Shown here piece by piece: positions 45,604-53,595 of a DNA stretch of 64,000 nucleotides. Every line of letters starts with the position of its first letter. Within the stretch, counting starts at the first letter, position 1. Both the position numbers and the translations under genes were made by a program. Source of the stretch: Planctomycetota bacterium (GTDB taxonomy: Bacteria; Planctomycetota; Phycisphaerae; FEN-1346); the NCBI GenBank assembly GCA_030602705.1, contig JAUVZF010000004.1:11460-75459 (forward strand), written 5' to 3'. The notes beneath the pieces were generated by a model. The model searched no databases and was not told the origin of the DNA. It was given only the letters and a program-made list of their open reading frames with translations.

Positions 45604-47206
45604 CACTGCCCTCATCTTCAGTCTGTTCGCCGGGGGGAAAGAGCCCCTTCTCTTTTGAGCCCCTCTTCTTCCGCCCCACCACGTCGGCGATGGTCTCGTC
45701 AATCACCACCGTGTCGATCTCTTTGTCCGCATATGCAGCCTCTTGCTGAAGGAGAGTGAATACCTCCGGCATGTACCGGTTATGCCAGGCATCCATAATA
45801 CGGAGCCAGAGTTTTTCAGATTCCGGAAACCCTTCTATGTGTTGTGCCATATAGGACTTGCAGAAAACCGGGTCGCACGGAATCTCTAGTTCCTCTGCCA
45901 ATGTCTCAACTACCCCTGGGGCTTGTTTGACATGGTCGGGGTGGATAGCAGCCCAGAAGGTCCAGAGATCCAGATACTGTTTCTCAATCTGGTCCACGCG
46001 GTGGTAAACACCAGGGAAGTGCTTCTCTACATCGCTGCTGCGAAGTTCCACTGGTCCGTGCCAGCCGCCGGCGTGCTCCCACACAACCTGTGCCTTGACG
46101 AGTTTCATCCCGGATTGCCCGTCGGGGCACCACAATACGAGGGCGCCGCGCGGCAAAGTGTATCTCTGCTCGACTTTGGCGAGAAGCTCCTCGATGTTCC
46201 TGCCGTTTCGCCACCTACTGCAGAACTCACCCTCCTCCCTACTTTTATCCCAAATCTCGCGCTGTTCTGCGTTCACCTTGAAAATGCGCTTGTACAGCCG
46301 ACGTGCTCTAAGAGCGCCTAATACCAACCCGGCGCCCTTGGCTTCCGTTGCGTTGTTCCCTCTCACTAGGCTCTCGAGGTGATCGAGAAAAACCTCGTCT
46401 CCCATCTTGAGCAGTTCATCGTTCTCTTGGAGGTCGCAGAGCCTTGCGGCCCGTGCCAACATTGCACTTGCCACGCACTTCGCGTGGTGAAAGATGACCC
46501 GCTCGGTCAGGGCGTAGCGCATATCGAGCAAGTCCAAAATGGCGGACACAATGTCCGTCCTGAGTCCGCCCTTGGTCAATCTGATACAGAAGCGGTTGTC
46601 CTCCTTCGCGAAGTAGTCATAAATGCGATAATAGCCGGGGCGCTTTTCAATCCCCGTCCACGCTGCGTCAGTAGTGATATAGGCAAGCAGGTCCGCGCAC
46701 ACGGTGTTTCCTACCAAGTCGCTTCGCCAGTCGGGTTCTGCCCCATCCGTGCCTGATATTGCGTGCAGAATCGGCTTGGCACGGTCAACCATATCCCTTG
46801 CTTCTTGGTCGAGAAGCTCCTGCCTCAGAAGCTCGAGGATGTCATCCAGCCGCTTTCCCTTGTCATGTTTTGGCAGCACAAGATGTTCATCTTCGAGTGT
46901 GTGGCTGAACGGAACATGGCCAATGTCATGCAATAGGGCGGCCATGCGAACCTCCCAGAAGTCGTCACTGGTATCATCAACGTGGAGGGCCCGAAGGATT
47001 CTTGTGGCTTCATCTAAACACTCAATGCTGTGGCCACCTCGCGTGTGTGTGGCACAGGGGTAGACAAGGTACGCAAGCCCCAGCTGCTTCAGGTGAAAAA
47101 GCCGTTGAAAGCCCCGTGTCTGAGTGACGGCCGCCTCGGCCCGAGAAAACCTAACATCTCGGTCTGGAATCCTGAAACGTTTGAACTCCTTGTTTGCGTT
47201 CTCCAT
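45587..47206 (-). CDS. SAMHD1/COG1078-type HD-domain phosphohydrolase (putative dNTP triphosphohydrolase) with approx 300-aa uncharacterised C-terminal region
   Basis: THTRGGHSIEC (cf. NRFEHSLGV), AALLHDIGHVPFSHTLE (cf. HDLGHGPFSH) and CADLLAYITTDAAWTG (cf. D..DY..RD...TG). Start at MENANKEF (47206) with an AGGGG SD. GC is visibly lower than in flanking core genes. Confidence 0.7.
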   Translation of the reverse strand: MENANKEFKRFRIPDRDVRFSRAEAAVTQTRGFQRLFHLKQLGLAYLVYPCATHTRGGHSIECLDEATRILRALHVDDTSDDFWEVRMAALLHDIGHVPFSHTLEDEHLVLPKHDKGKRLDDILELLRQELLDQEARDMVDRAKPILHAISGTDGAEPDWRSDLVGNTVCADLLAYITTDAAWTGIEKRPGYYRIYDYFAKEDNRFCIRLTKGGLRTDIVSAILDLLDMRYALTERVIFHHAKCVASAMLARAARLCDLQENDELLKMGDEVFLDHLESLVRGNNATEAKGAGLVLGALRARRLYKRIFKVNAEQREIWDKSREEGEFCSRWRNGRNIEELLAKVEQRYTLPRGALVLWCPDGQSGMKLVKAQVVWEHAGGWHGPVELRSSDVEKHFPGVYHRVDQIEKQYLDLWTFWAAIHPDHVKQAPGVVETLAEELEIPCDPVFCKSYMAQHIEGFPESEKLWLRIMDAWHNRYMPEVFTLLQQEAAYADKEIDTVVIDETIADVVGRKKRGSKEKGLFPPGEQTEDEGSDAGPS

Positions 47207-47253
47207 AGAGTGCCCCTGAATAGAGCCCGAAGCCCTGTTCGCCAGGAAACAAT

Positions 47254-47281
47254 ATAATACCCCGCGGCACGCTGGGGGCAA
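47254..47281 (-). promoter_or_regulatory. possible promoter of the HD/ImmA operon (TTGCCC-N16-TATTAT on the minus strand)
   Basis: The + strand has ataata at 47254-47259 and gggcaa at 47276-47281. The -35 hexamer and spacing are the same as in the hicB promoter candidate. Confidence 0.4.
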
Positions 47282-47363
47282 GATAACTTTGTTGGCCGGC
47301 GATGCTGCCTGCGGGCCTCTTCTCAACCCCTCCTTATCCGATGGCCCTCTCCCAAGTCGTCAT

Positions 47364-47409
47364 CCGGGAAACCTGGGGAAACCTGGGCACGGTACCCAAT
47401 GGCATTAGG
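47364..47409 (-). repeat. island repeat copy C (inverted)
   Basis: The reverse complement ccattgggtaccgtgcccaggtttccccaggtttcccgg matches the copy B core catgggtaccgtccccaggtttccccaggtt, with one indel and one substitution. Confidence 0.75.
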
Positions 47410-47527
47410 ATAAGCCTCGAACGGGCTTCTGAGGCCTGAGGCAACCTGCGTGCGCCCCCTCTGGCGCGTCCTTAAGGCCGGTTTTGCGTCGCCCAGGCGA
47501 CGCCGGAAACCGCCCAGAACCCCTTAA

Positions 47528-47560
47528 CCTAATGCCATTAGGCACGGTACCCATGTTTTC
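47528..47560 (-). repeat. island repeat copy D (inverted, head part)
   Basis: The reverse complement gaaaacatgggtaccgtgcctaatggcattagg shares the gaaaaacatgggtaccgt head with A and B. Its cctaatgccatt is complementary to aatggcattagg in copy C. Confidence 0.7.
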
Positions 47561-47673
47561 GGTCGGTCTTCAAGGCGGCGAACCTTGGGGCGGCCGGCCG
47601 CCACGGCGCGGAGCCGGGAATCGGCCGGTCAACGCCTGCAGCCGGGCCACGAAGGGGTTGCCGGGGCGAAATG

Positions 47674-48342
47674 CTATTTTCTGCGCCGCTTGGGGCGGCG
47701 GCCGGGTTTGCGGAGGACGAGGCGGCGGCGCAGGCGCTTCTGGAGACGCTTCACGAAGTCCAGGTCGCCGAGCGGGCGCCCTGTGCGGCCGTGGCGACGA
47801 ATCGTCTCCATCTCGGCCTCGTCCTCCGGCTCCAGCAGGAAGCCGCGCCAGTCGCCGGCCAGGTCGAGGAGGGGCTTTACGCGCACGAGCGCATCGTCCT
47901 TGCCCGCAAGGTGCGCCTTCGCGCTCGACCACCGATACCGCCACGGACGACGCACCAGCCGCGCCCGCACGGGTTCGCGTTCGACGTATCGGGCGGCGGC
48001 CAGGAGGTGCGGCTGGTCGATGACGAACGAGTCGAAGCGGCCCTGCCACAGGTACCCCCGCCATCCCTGTCGGAGGTTCACGCGCTGCGTGTAGCGGCGG
48101 TGGACCTCGCCGATGGCCCGCGCCAGGGCGGCCTTGGTCTTCGGCACGGCGATCAGGTGGACGTGATTCGGCATCAGGCACCAGGCCCAGATCTCGACGC
48201 CGCACGCCGCGCAGTGCTCTGCCGCAAGATCGAGGTACGCCTGGTAGTCCTCATCGGAGAAGAACGTCTGCATCCCGCGATTGCCGCGCTGCGTGATGTA
48301 ATGCGGGTACCGCGGAACGACCACTCTCGCTATCCGTGCCAT
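47674..48342 (-). CDS. REP-associated tyrosine transposase (RAYT; IS200-like Y1 HUH transposase family)
   Basis: YHITQRGNRG, the HUH motif in LMPNHVHLIAVP, RYVEREPVRARLV (catalytic-Tyr helix, cf. YI..NPV.AGLV) and WSS. A basic C-terminal tail. Confidence 0.75.
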   Translation of the reverse strand: MARIARVVVPRYPHYITQRGNRGMQTFFSDEDYQAYLDLAAEHCAACGVEIWAWCLMPNHVHLIAVPKTKAALARAIGEVHRRYTQRVNLRQGWRGYLWQGRFDSFVIDQPHLLAAARYVEREPVRARLVRRPWRYRWSSAKAHLAGKDDALVRVKPLLDLAGDWRGFLLEPEDEAEMETIRRHGRTGRPLGDLDFVKRLQKRLRRRLVLRKPGRRPKRRRK

Positions 48343-48455
48343 AGCCTCATCCTACGCCGCCGGGCACGAGCCGTCAAGCGAAAACGCAGTAGTGTGTCCC
48401 GGCATAACCCGCGCCTTTTTCACAAACCGCTCGTTGCGGGGTTTGCGCTACGGGC

Positions 48456-49844
48456 TCAGCGATGCCTCTTGCCCCCGGCCTTCCTGGGCGGCTCGCGCTG
48501 GGGGCGTGGCGGCGTGTAGGCCTCCTGGAGGATGGCGGCCATACGTTTGGCGACGTCGGGATGGTTGGCGGCAAGGTTGTTCGCCTCGGCGATGTCGTTG
48601 GAGAGGTCGTACAGTTGGAGCGAGGCGGCCTGCGGCTTCTTGCCGCCCGATTTCTGAATGGCTTTCCACTTGCCCATTCGGGCGGCGCGGGTGCCGCCGT
48701 GCTGCCAGAAGAGGTACTCGTGTGGTTTCTGTTTGCGTCCGGCCGCGGCCTGGCCCAGGAGCGTGGGGACGATGGAGATGCCGTCGATGCCCTTGGGCAC
48801 GTGCTTCGTCGCGCCGGCGAGTTCGGCCAGCGTCGGCATGACGTCGGGGAAGTACCACGCGAGATCGCTGACGGCGCCGGCCCGGATCTTGCCGGGCCAG
48901 CGGACGACCATCGGCGTGCGGATGCCGCCCTCCTGCATCGACCGCTTGAGCCCCTTCATGGAGCCGCACGAGTTGTGGACGCCGTCGAAACGCTTGGCGG
49001 CCCCGTTGTCGGAGCAGAAGAACAGGAGGGTCTTGGAGTCGAGGTCGAGTTGCTTGAGCAGCGTGATAATCTCGCCAACCTGGCGGTCCATCATCGAGTC
49101 CATGGCGGCGGCCACCTTGGCATCGTTCGGCCAGTCCTTGTCCTTGTAGAGCGCCCACGCGGGGTCGTCCTGGGGGAACTCGTACTTGGCGTGCGGCGGG
49201 GTCCAGGGGCAGTAGCAGAAGAACGGGCGGTCCTTGCTGGCGCGGATGAACTTCAGGGCCTCCTGGAAGATGACGTGGTGGCTGTACTGGCCCCGCTTGC
49301 CGCCCTCGTTGCCGGGCAGCGGCACGCGCTCGCTGTTCCGCCACAGGTAGGTCGTGTAATAGGAGTGTGCGTGGACCTGGTGGTAGTAGCCGAAGAAGAC
49401 GTCGAACCCTTGCTTCTCCGGCACGCCGGCCGTTCCGACCTCTCCCAGGCCCCACTTGCCGAACCCGCCGGTGGCGTAGCCGGCCTCCTTGAGCACCTCG
49501 GCCAGCGTCACGTCCTCCGCGAGCAGCGGGATGCCGCCGCTGTTGCCGCGCACCGACGTGTGACCCATGTGATAGCCGGTCATGAGTGTGCTGCGGGCCG
49601 GTGCGCAGACGGTTGCGCCGGAGTAGGCGTCGGTGAATCGCATGCCCTCGGCGGCCATGCGGTCGATGTTGGGCGTTTGGATGGTCTTGCTGCCGTAGCA
49701 GCCCAGGTCGTAGTAGCCCATGTCATCGACAATGACGAATACGATGTTGGGTACGTCGTTGGCCGCTGCTGCGGCAAGACCGCCGGGCATGGCGAGCGCC
49801 GCGGCGCCGGTTCCCACGGACTTCAGAAAATCGCGTCGGTACAT
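48456..49844 (-). CDS. arylsulfatase (formylglycine-dependent, Cys-type), Tat-exported
   Basis: Tat signal MYRRDFLKSVGTGAAALA. NIVFVIVDDMGYYDLGCYG, and the sulfatase signature CAPARSTLMTG (C-x-P-x-R). Confidence 0.85.
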   Translation of the reverse strand: MYRRDFLKSVGTGAAALAMPGGLAAAAANDVPNIVFVIVDDMGYYDLGCYGSKTIQTPNIDRMAAEGMRFTDAYSGATVCAPARSTLMTGYHMGHTSVRGNSGGIPLLAEDVTLAEVLKEAGYATGGFGKWGLGEVGTAGVPEKQGFDVFFGYYHQVHAHSYYTTYLWRNSERVPLPGNEGGKRGQYSHHVIFQEALKFIRASKDRPFFCYCPWTPPHAKYEFPQDDPAWALYKDKDWPNDAKVAAAMDSMMDRQVGEIITLLKQLDLDSKTLLFFCSDNGAAKRFDGVHNSCGSMKGLKRSMQEGGIRTPMVVRWPGKIRAGAVSDLAWYFPDVMPTLAELAGATKHVPKGIDGISIVPTLLGQAAAGRKQKPHEYLFWQHGGTRAARMGKWKAIQKSGGKKPQAASLQLYDLSNDIAEANNLAANHPDVAKRMAAILQEAYTPPRPQREPPRKAGGKRHR

Positions 49845-49958
49845 GGTTCGGTTCCTTTCCTGCGGAGCCTTCGGGTCATGTGGTTCCTACCGTGATAAAC
49901 CGATTTTGAGCGTCAGCGGAACGCCCTTTTTCAGGACGACCTCGCGGTGCTGCCTGGT

Positions 49959-50022
49959 GCGCGGCGGGTGTCCTCACCCGCCGCGCCGGTGTCCATCTTT
50001 GCGCGGCCCGTACGGGCCGCGC
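49959..50022 (-). terminator. two strong GC hairpins downstream of the symporter gene (terminator-like, no U-tract)
   Basis: GCGCGGCGGGTG-tcct-CACCCGCCGCGC (49959-49986, perfect 12-bp stem) and GCGCGGCCCG-TA-CGGGCCGCGC (50001-50022, perfect palindrome). Confidence 0.35.
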
Positions 50023-50058
50023 GAAACCCGTGTCGCGCGGCGGCCTCTGCATGGTTGC

Positions 50059-51819
50059 TTACTGCGGGTCCCCCTCGACGGCCGGCCCCGGCAGACGCCG
50101 GTACCACGTGAAGTACAGCGTCATGGTGGCCAGCGCGGCCGCACCGAAGCACAGCAGCGCATACACGTGCCAATGGCCGACCAGGTACATCGGGAACAGG
50201 TACGACCCGAGTATGGCCACAGCGCCCAGCACCACGTTGACCGCGGCAAGCGACAGGCTTTCGGACGTCGCGGCGGTCTCATGGGCCGAAGGCTCGACCT
50301 GCCTCCGGACCGGGTCCCAGAAACCGAACGGCCGCACGGTGCGGCAGAACGCGGCCAGCACGGATGCGTCCGTCGGGACCGTCAGGAACGTGCCTGCCAG
50401 GCAGCCAATCAGCGACAGCGAGCAGACCGCCGGGAAAGCGGCGTAATTTGACATCTGGGGAGCCAGCACGGGCTGCGCGATCGCACCGGCCAGACCCACC
50501 AGCGTCCCGGCGGCGTAGCCCCAGCCGTTCAGCCGCCACCAGTACCACCGCAGTACGTTCGGGATGGCGAACGCAGCGCCCAGCACCATCATGATCCAAC
50601 TGAAGATCCGGCCGATCGATTCGACCTGCCAGCCGATGGCCATCCCGGCGAGCGCGATGAGGAGCGTCGCAACGTAGCCGGCCCGGACCAGGTGCCTCTC
50701 GCTCGCCCTGGGACGAACCAGCGGCTGCCACAGATCGCGGACCAGGTACGAGGCGCCGCTGTTGATCGTCGAACTGAATGTGGACATGAACGCCGCCAAC
50801 AGCCCGGCGATGACCAGCCCGCGGATGCCCTGCGGCAGGAAGGTCTGGAGGACCTTCGGCATGAACTGTTCCGGGTCGGCCACTTCGGCGACCACGGTGA
50901 GGGCAAGCAGCGCCATCCCCATGGCCATCGCCCAGCGGACGATCAGGAACGCGCTCCAGGCGGCGCCGATCTTGGCAGCGTCGCGGGCATCGCGAGCCGC
51001 CAGGAACCGCTGAAAATCATACATCTGGGCCGGCCCGCCAAGGTTCAACAGAAGACCCTTGACGACCCACAGGATCACCAGCACGCCGAAGAACTCGTAT
51101 CCCGCGTAGGCCTCCGGCAGCGTCTCGGGATGCGGCAGGCGCCATGCCGGCATCAGGGACCCGAAATCGCTCTCTCGCAGGCCCTCCAGCACCTCCGGCG
51201 TCACGTGGCAGTACGCGATGGCAGCGACCAGCACCGCCGCCAGCGTCAGGACGACCGTCTGGATGACGTCGGTCACCACCACGCTGTACAGGCCGCCCAG
51301 CAGGACGTAGAGCGTCGTGACGGCAAAGACCACGGTGGCGCAGGTTTTCGGGTCCACCCCCACGTAGATCGATGCGAACTTGCCGATACCCTGGAAGGCG
51401 TAGCCGACGAAGGCCACCACCGTGACGACGGCCATCAGTGTGTAGGCAGCGCGGGCCGTCCGTCCGGCGGCCCCTGCACCGAACCGCGTCAGCATCCACT
51501 CGGCGCCGGTCATCACGCGCGACCGCCGCACCCACTTGCCCATGTACGACAGGAAGAAGGCCCCCATCAGGAAGCCCCACATCCAGTGGTTCCACATCGA
51601 CTTCATGCCGAACAGGGCGATAAGCGTCACGATCCACATCGTGCCGGTGATGTCGAAGTTCGAGACCGAGCCGGACATGGCCAGCGCGAGCCAGTGCAGC
51701 CGCTTGCCGCCCAGGAAATAGGCGTCCAGGTCCCGCGCGGCCCGCCTGCGGTACCAGAAGCCCAGACCGATGACGACGGCGAAGTACAGTGCGACGATCG
51801 CGTAATCGATGAGTGCCAT
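50059..51819 (-). CDS. sodium:solute symporter family (SSS) transporter
   Basis: 586 aa with approx 13-14 TM segments. The N-terminal MALIDYAIVALYFAVVIGLGFWYRRR..YFLGGKRL and the internal GGLYSVVVTDVIQ are SSS hallmarks. Confidence 0.8.
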   Translation of the reverse strand: MALIDYAIVALYFAVVIGLGFWYRRRAARDLDAYFLGGKRLHWLALAMSGSVSNFDITGTMWIVTLIALFGMKSMWNHWMWGFLMGAFFLSYMGKWVRRSRVMTGAEWMLTRFGAGAAGRTARAAYTLMAVVTVVAFVGYAFQGIGKFASIYVGVDPKTCATVVFAVTTLYVLLGGLYSVVVTDVIQTVVLTLAAVLVAAIAYCHVTPEVLEGLRESDFGSLMPAWRLPHPETLPEAYAGYEFFGVLVILWVVKGLLLNLGGPAQMYDFQRFLAARDARDAAKIGAAWSAFLIVRWAMAMGMALLALTVVAEVADPEQFMPKVLQTFLPQGIRGLVIAGLLAAFMSTFSSTINSGASYLVRDLWQPLVRPRASERHLVRAGYVATLLIALAGMAIGWQVESIGRIFSWIMMVLGAAFAIPNVLRWYWWRLNGWGYAAGTLVGLAGAIAQPVLAPQMSNYAAFPAVCSLSLIGCLAGTFLTVPTDASVLAAFCRTVRPFGFWDPVRRQVEPSAHETAATSESLSLAAVNVVLGAVAILGSYLFPMYLVGHWHVYALLCFGAAALATMTLYFTWYRRLPGPAVEGDPQ

Positions 51820-51988
51820 GTGCTGTTGCTCGATGCGCCGGTTCAGCCGGGTGCCGCCGCCTGCTCCCGCCCGCCGGGTACCTCGGCTGCGGTATTATAG
51901 CCTGAAGCGCCCGGCTTTCCAGCAACCGGATGGCCGGGCGAAAACGGAGGGCATGCCAAGGCAAGGAGAAACTCAACTGCGAAGTGTG

Positions 51989-52010
51989 GCACGGCCCGTA
52001 CGGGCCGTGC
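51989..52010. repeat. perfect palindrome GCACGGCCCG-TA-CGGGCCGTGC (GGCCCGTACGGGCC family)
   Basis: Read directly. Relatives lie at 50001-50022 and 19376-19395. Confidence 0.85.
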
Positions 52011-52106
52011 TCTTGATTGTGCTGTACCAAATGCCGCCACTGTCTTGGAAAACGCACTCGCCGCGGCGAGTGGCACCCGGCGCGATGGGGAGAACGGAGC
52101 ACAACA

Positions 52107-52134
52107 CACGGCCGGGCAAGGCCGGCCGTGGCAC
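52107..52134. repeat. family-2 hairpin, inverted orientation (CACGGCCGGGCAAGGCCGGCCGTG)
   Basis: Its reverse complement aligns with the copies at 30633-30660 and 43063-43090. Confidence 0.75.
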
Positions 52135-52235
52135 ACGCGCGGGCGCGAGGCTTGGCCGTTGTCGGTTGCGGGCGTGGACTCGGGATGGTACCATGCCGTG
52201 CGACGGCAGAAGGAAAGCCTGGATTGGGGGCAGCG

Positions 52236-52556
52236 ATGGTGGCGATGCCAGAGATCCGTGCCCTGAGCCGGAGGATCGCGCGTCGGTTTCATCCGCGGCG
52301 GATCGTACTCTTCGGTTCTTACGCTGAGGGAAACGCCACACCGGATTCCGACGTGGACCTGCTGGTGGTCCTTCCCCACAAAGGGCATCCTGTTGCGAAG
52401 TCGGTCGAGATTCGCCTGGCGACTCGGCCGACGTTTGCGCTGGACCTCCTGGTGCGCACACCCCAAGAGGTCCGCAAGCGTCTTGCCATGGGCGACACGT
52501 TCATCCGCGACCTTCTGGAGAAGGGCAAGGTTCTGTATGAAGCCGATGACGCGTGA
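52236..52556 (+). CDS. minimal nucleotidyltransferase (MNT-type antitoxin of HEPN/MNT modules)
   Basis: IVLFGSYAEGNATPDSDVDLLVV is the GS-x(n)-D-x-D nucleotidyltransferase motif. 106 aa from MVAMPEIR. The upstream part of the 52017 ORF is REP-derived. Confidence 0.75.
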   Translation: MVAMPEIRALSRRIARRFHPRRIVLFGSYAEGNATPDSDVDLLVVLPHKGHPVAKSVEIRLATRPTFALDLLVRTPQEVRKRLAMGDTFIRDLLEKGKVLYEADDA

Positions 52557-52870
52557 GTGGGTGGCGGTGTCGCCTGTTCCGCAAGGCGGCACGTGCGGCA
52601 CTGTCACTCAAATCTTAAGCGGGTTCTCCTTACGCAGACACTACCCACCGCGGGCAAGCCGCCAGCTGGCCGCTTCACCCGCCGATGATGAGCCGACACG
52701 CCGCCGCATGCCAAAAACGACAACCGCAGCGCTGGGATTTATCCCCGCTTGTTGGAGGCGGCCCCGCCGGGCAGCGGCCTGTTTCTTGCCGTTCGCCGTT
52801 CGAGCCGCGACCTTTGGTCGCGGTTATCATCACCTGTCACGTAGCCGTTGCCGTTCGCGACGCAGCCGCC

Positions 52871-52948
52871 TTGGAGTGCGGTGACCCGGCACCGCTTTCA
52901 CTGCCGTTTCTAAAGCAGTCAAAGCGGCGAGGGCTCGCCGCACTCCAA
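52871..52948. repeat. inverted doublet of a 31-nt element (TTGGAGTGCGGYGA..CCGCTTTSAC), REPIN-like
   Basis: The left arm is ttggagtgcggtgacccggcaccgctttcac. The right arm gtcaaagcggcgagggctcgccgcactccaa is its approximate reverse complement. The spacer is 16 nt. Confidence 0.75.
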
Positions 52949-53039
52949 AGCCGCCGGCGCAGCAAAAAAGAATCGCGTGCGGGGTAGGGCTTTACCCGCC
53001 GTGGCGGGCACCCCGCACCCCAATCTCCGGCCCACCTTC

Positions 53040-53065
53040 GTAGCGCGGGGGTTTATCCCCCGCGC
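53040..53065 (+). repeat. single REP: GTAG-CGCGGGGG-TTTAT-CCCCCGCG-C
   Basis: A GTAG head followed by an 8-bp-stem hairpin. Same family as the doublet at 58516-58593. A degenerate relative is at approx 52723-52745 (cagcgctgggatttatccccgc). Confidence 0.8.
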
Positions 53066-53167
53066 GGCACGCCGACCATCACCGCATGTATTTTTGCGTG
53101 AGACCGACGATGAAAAGGGCACGACGCCCTTATGGTGCCAGGGACGTTTTCGGGCGCTTTAGATCTA

Positions 53168-53572
53168 TTACCCTATAAGGGCTTCGATCGCCAAGGCGAG
53201 AACCAAGTCTCTTTTGCCCGTGTCGAGGGGAACTCGCCAGCCGGTTAGCCATCCGGCCGCCCATTGGAAGTTTTCGACTGGGCGCACTTCAAAACCGCGG
53301 CGCCGCAGTTCGGCCGCTCGCGCCTGCGGCAGATGTATATCAAGTCGCAGCCAGCGTTTATGGACGTACACGTATAAGGCATCCGTGTAGCCGTTCGCGT
53401 ACCCTAGGTACCGACTGTTCGTATTGAGTTTCTCACGAAGTTTTGGAAAGTGAGATGCTAGTCCTCGGCGGAGGTAGAAAACCAGTTCGGTAGGGTATCC
53501 TTGTAGCATGTACCCGATCTCTTCATCCGGAAAGAGCCCACGCGTGGTTCGCACGTTGCCCGAATGACTCAT
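53168..53572 (-). CDS. hypothetical 134-aa protein, last gene of the BNR/channel operon
   Basis: No motif I can assign. Lower GC than the core genome. It starts 23 nt after the channel gene's stop. Coding is supported only by ORF length, position and non-repetitive, non-Arg/Pro-biased composition. Confidence 0.5.
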   Translation of the reverse strand: MSHSGNVRTTRGLFPDEEIGYMLQGYPTELVFYLRRGLASHFPKLREKLNTNSRYLGYANGYTDALYVYVHKRWLRLDIHLPQARAAELRRRGFEVRPVENFQWAAGWLTGWRVPLDTGKRDLVLALAIEALIG

Positions 53573-53595
53573 TTGCGCCTCCTTTTACTGCGAAG

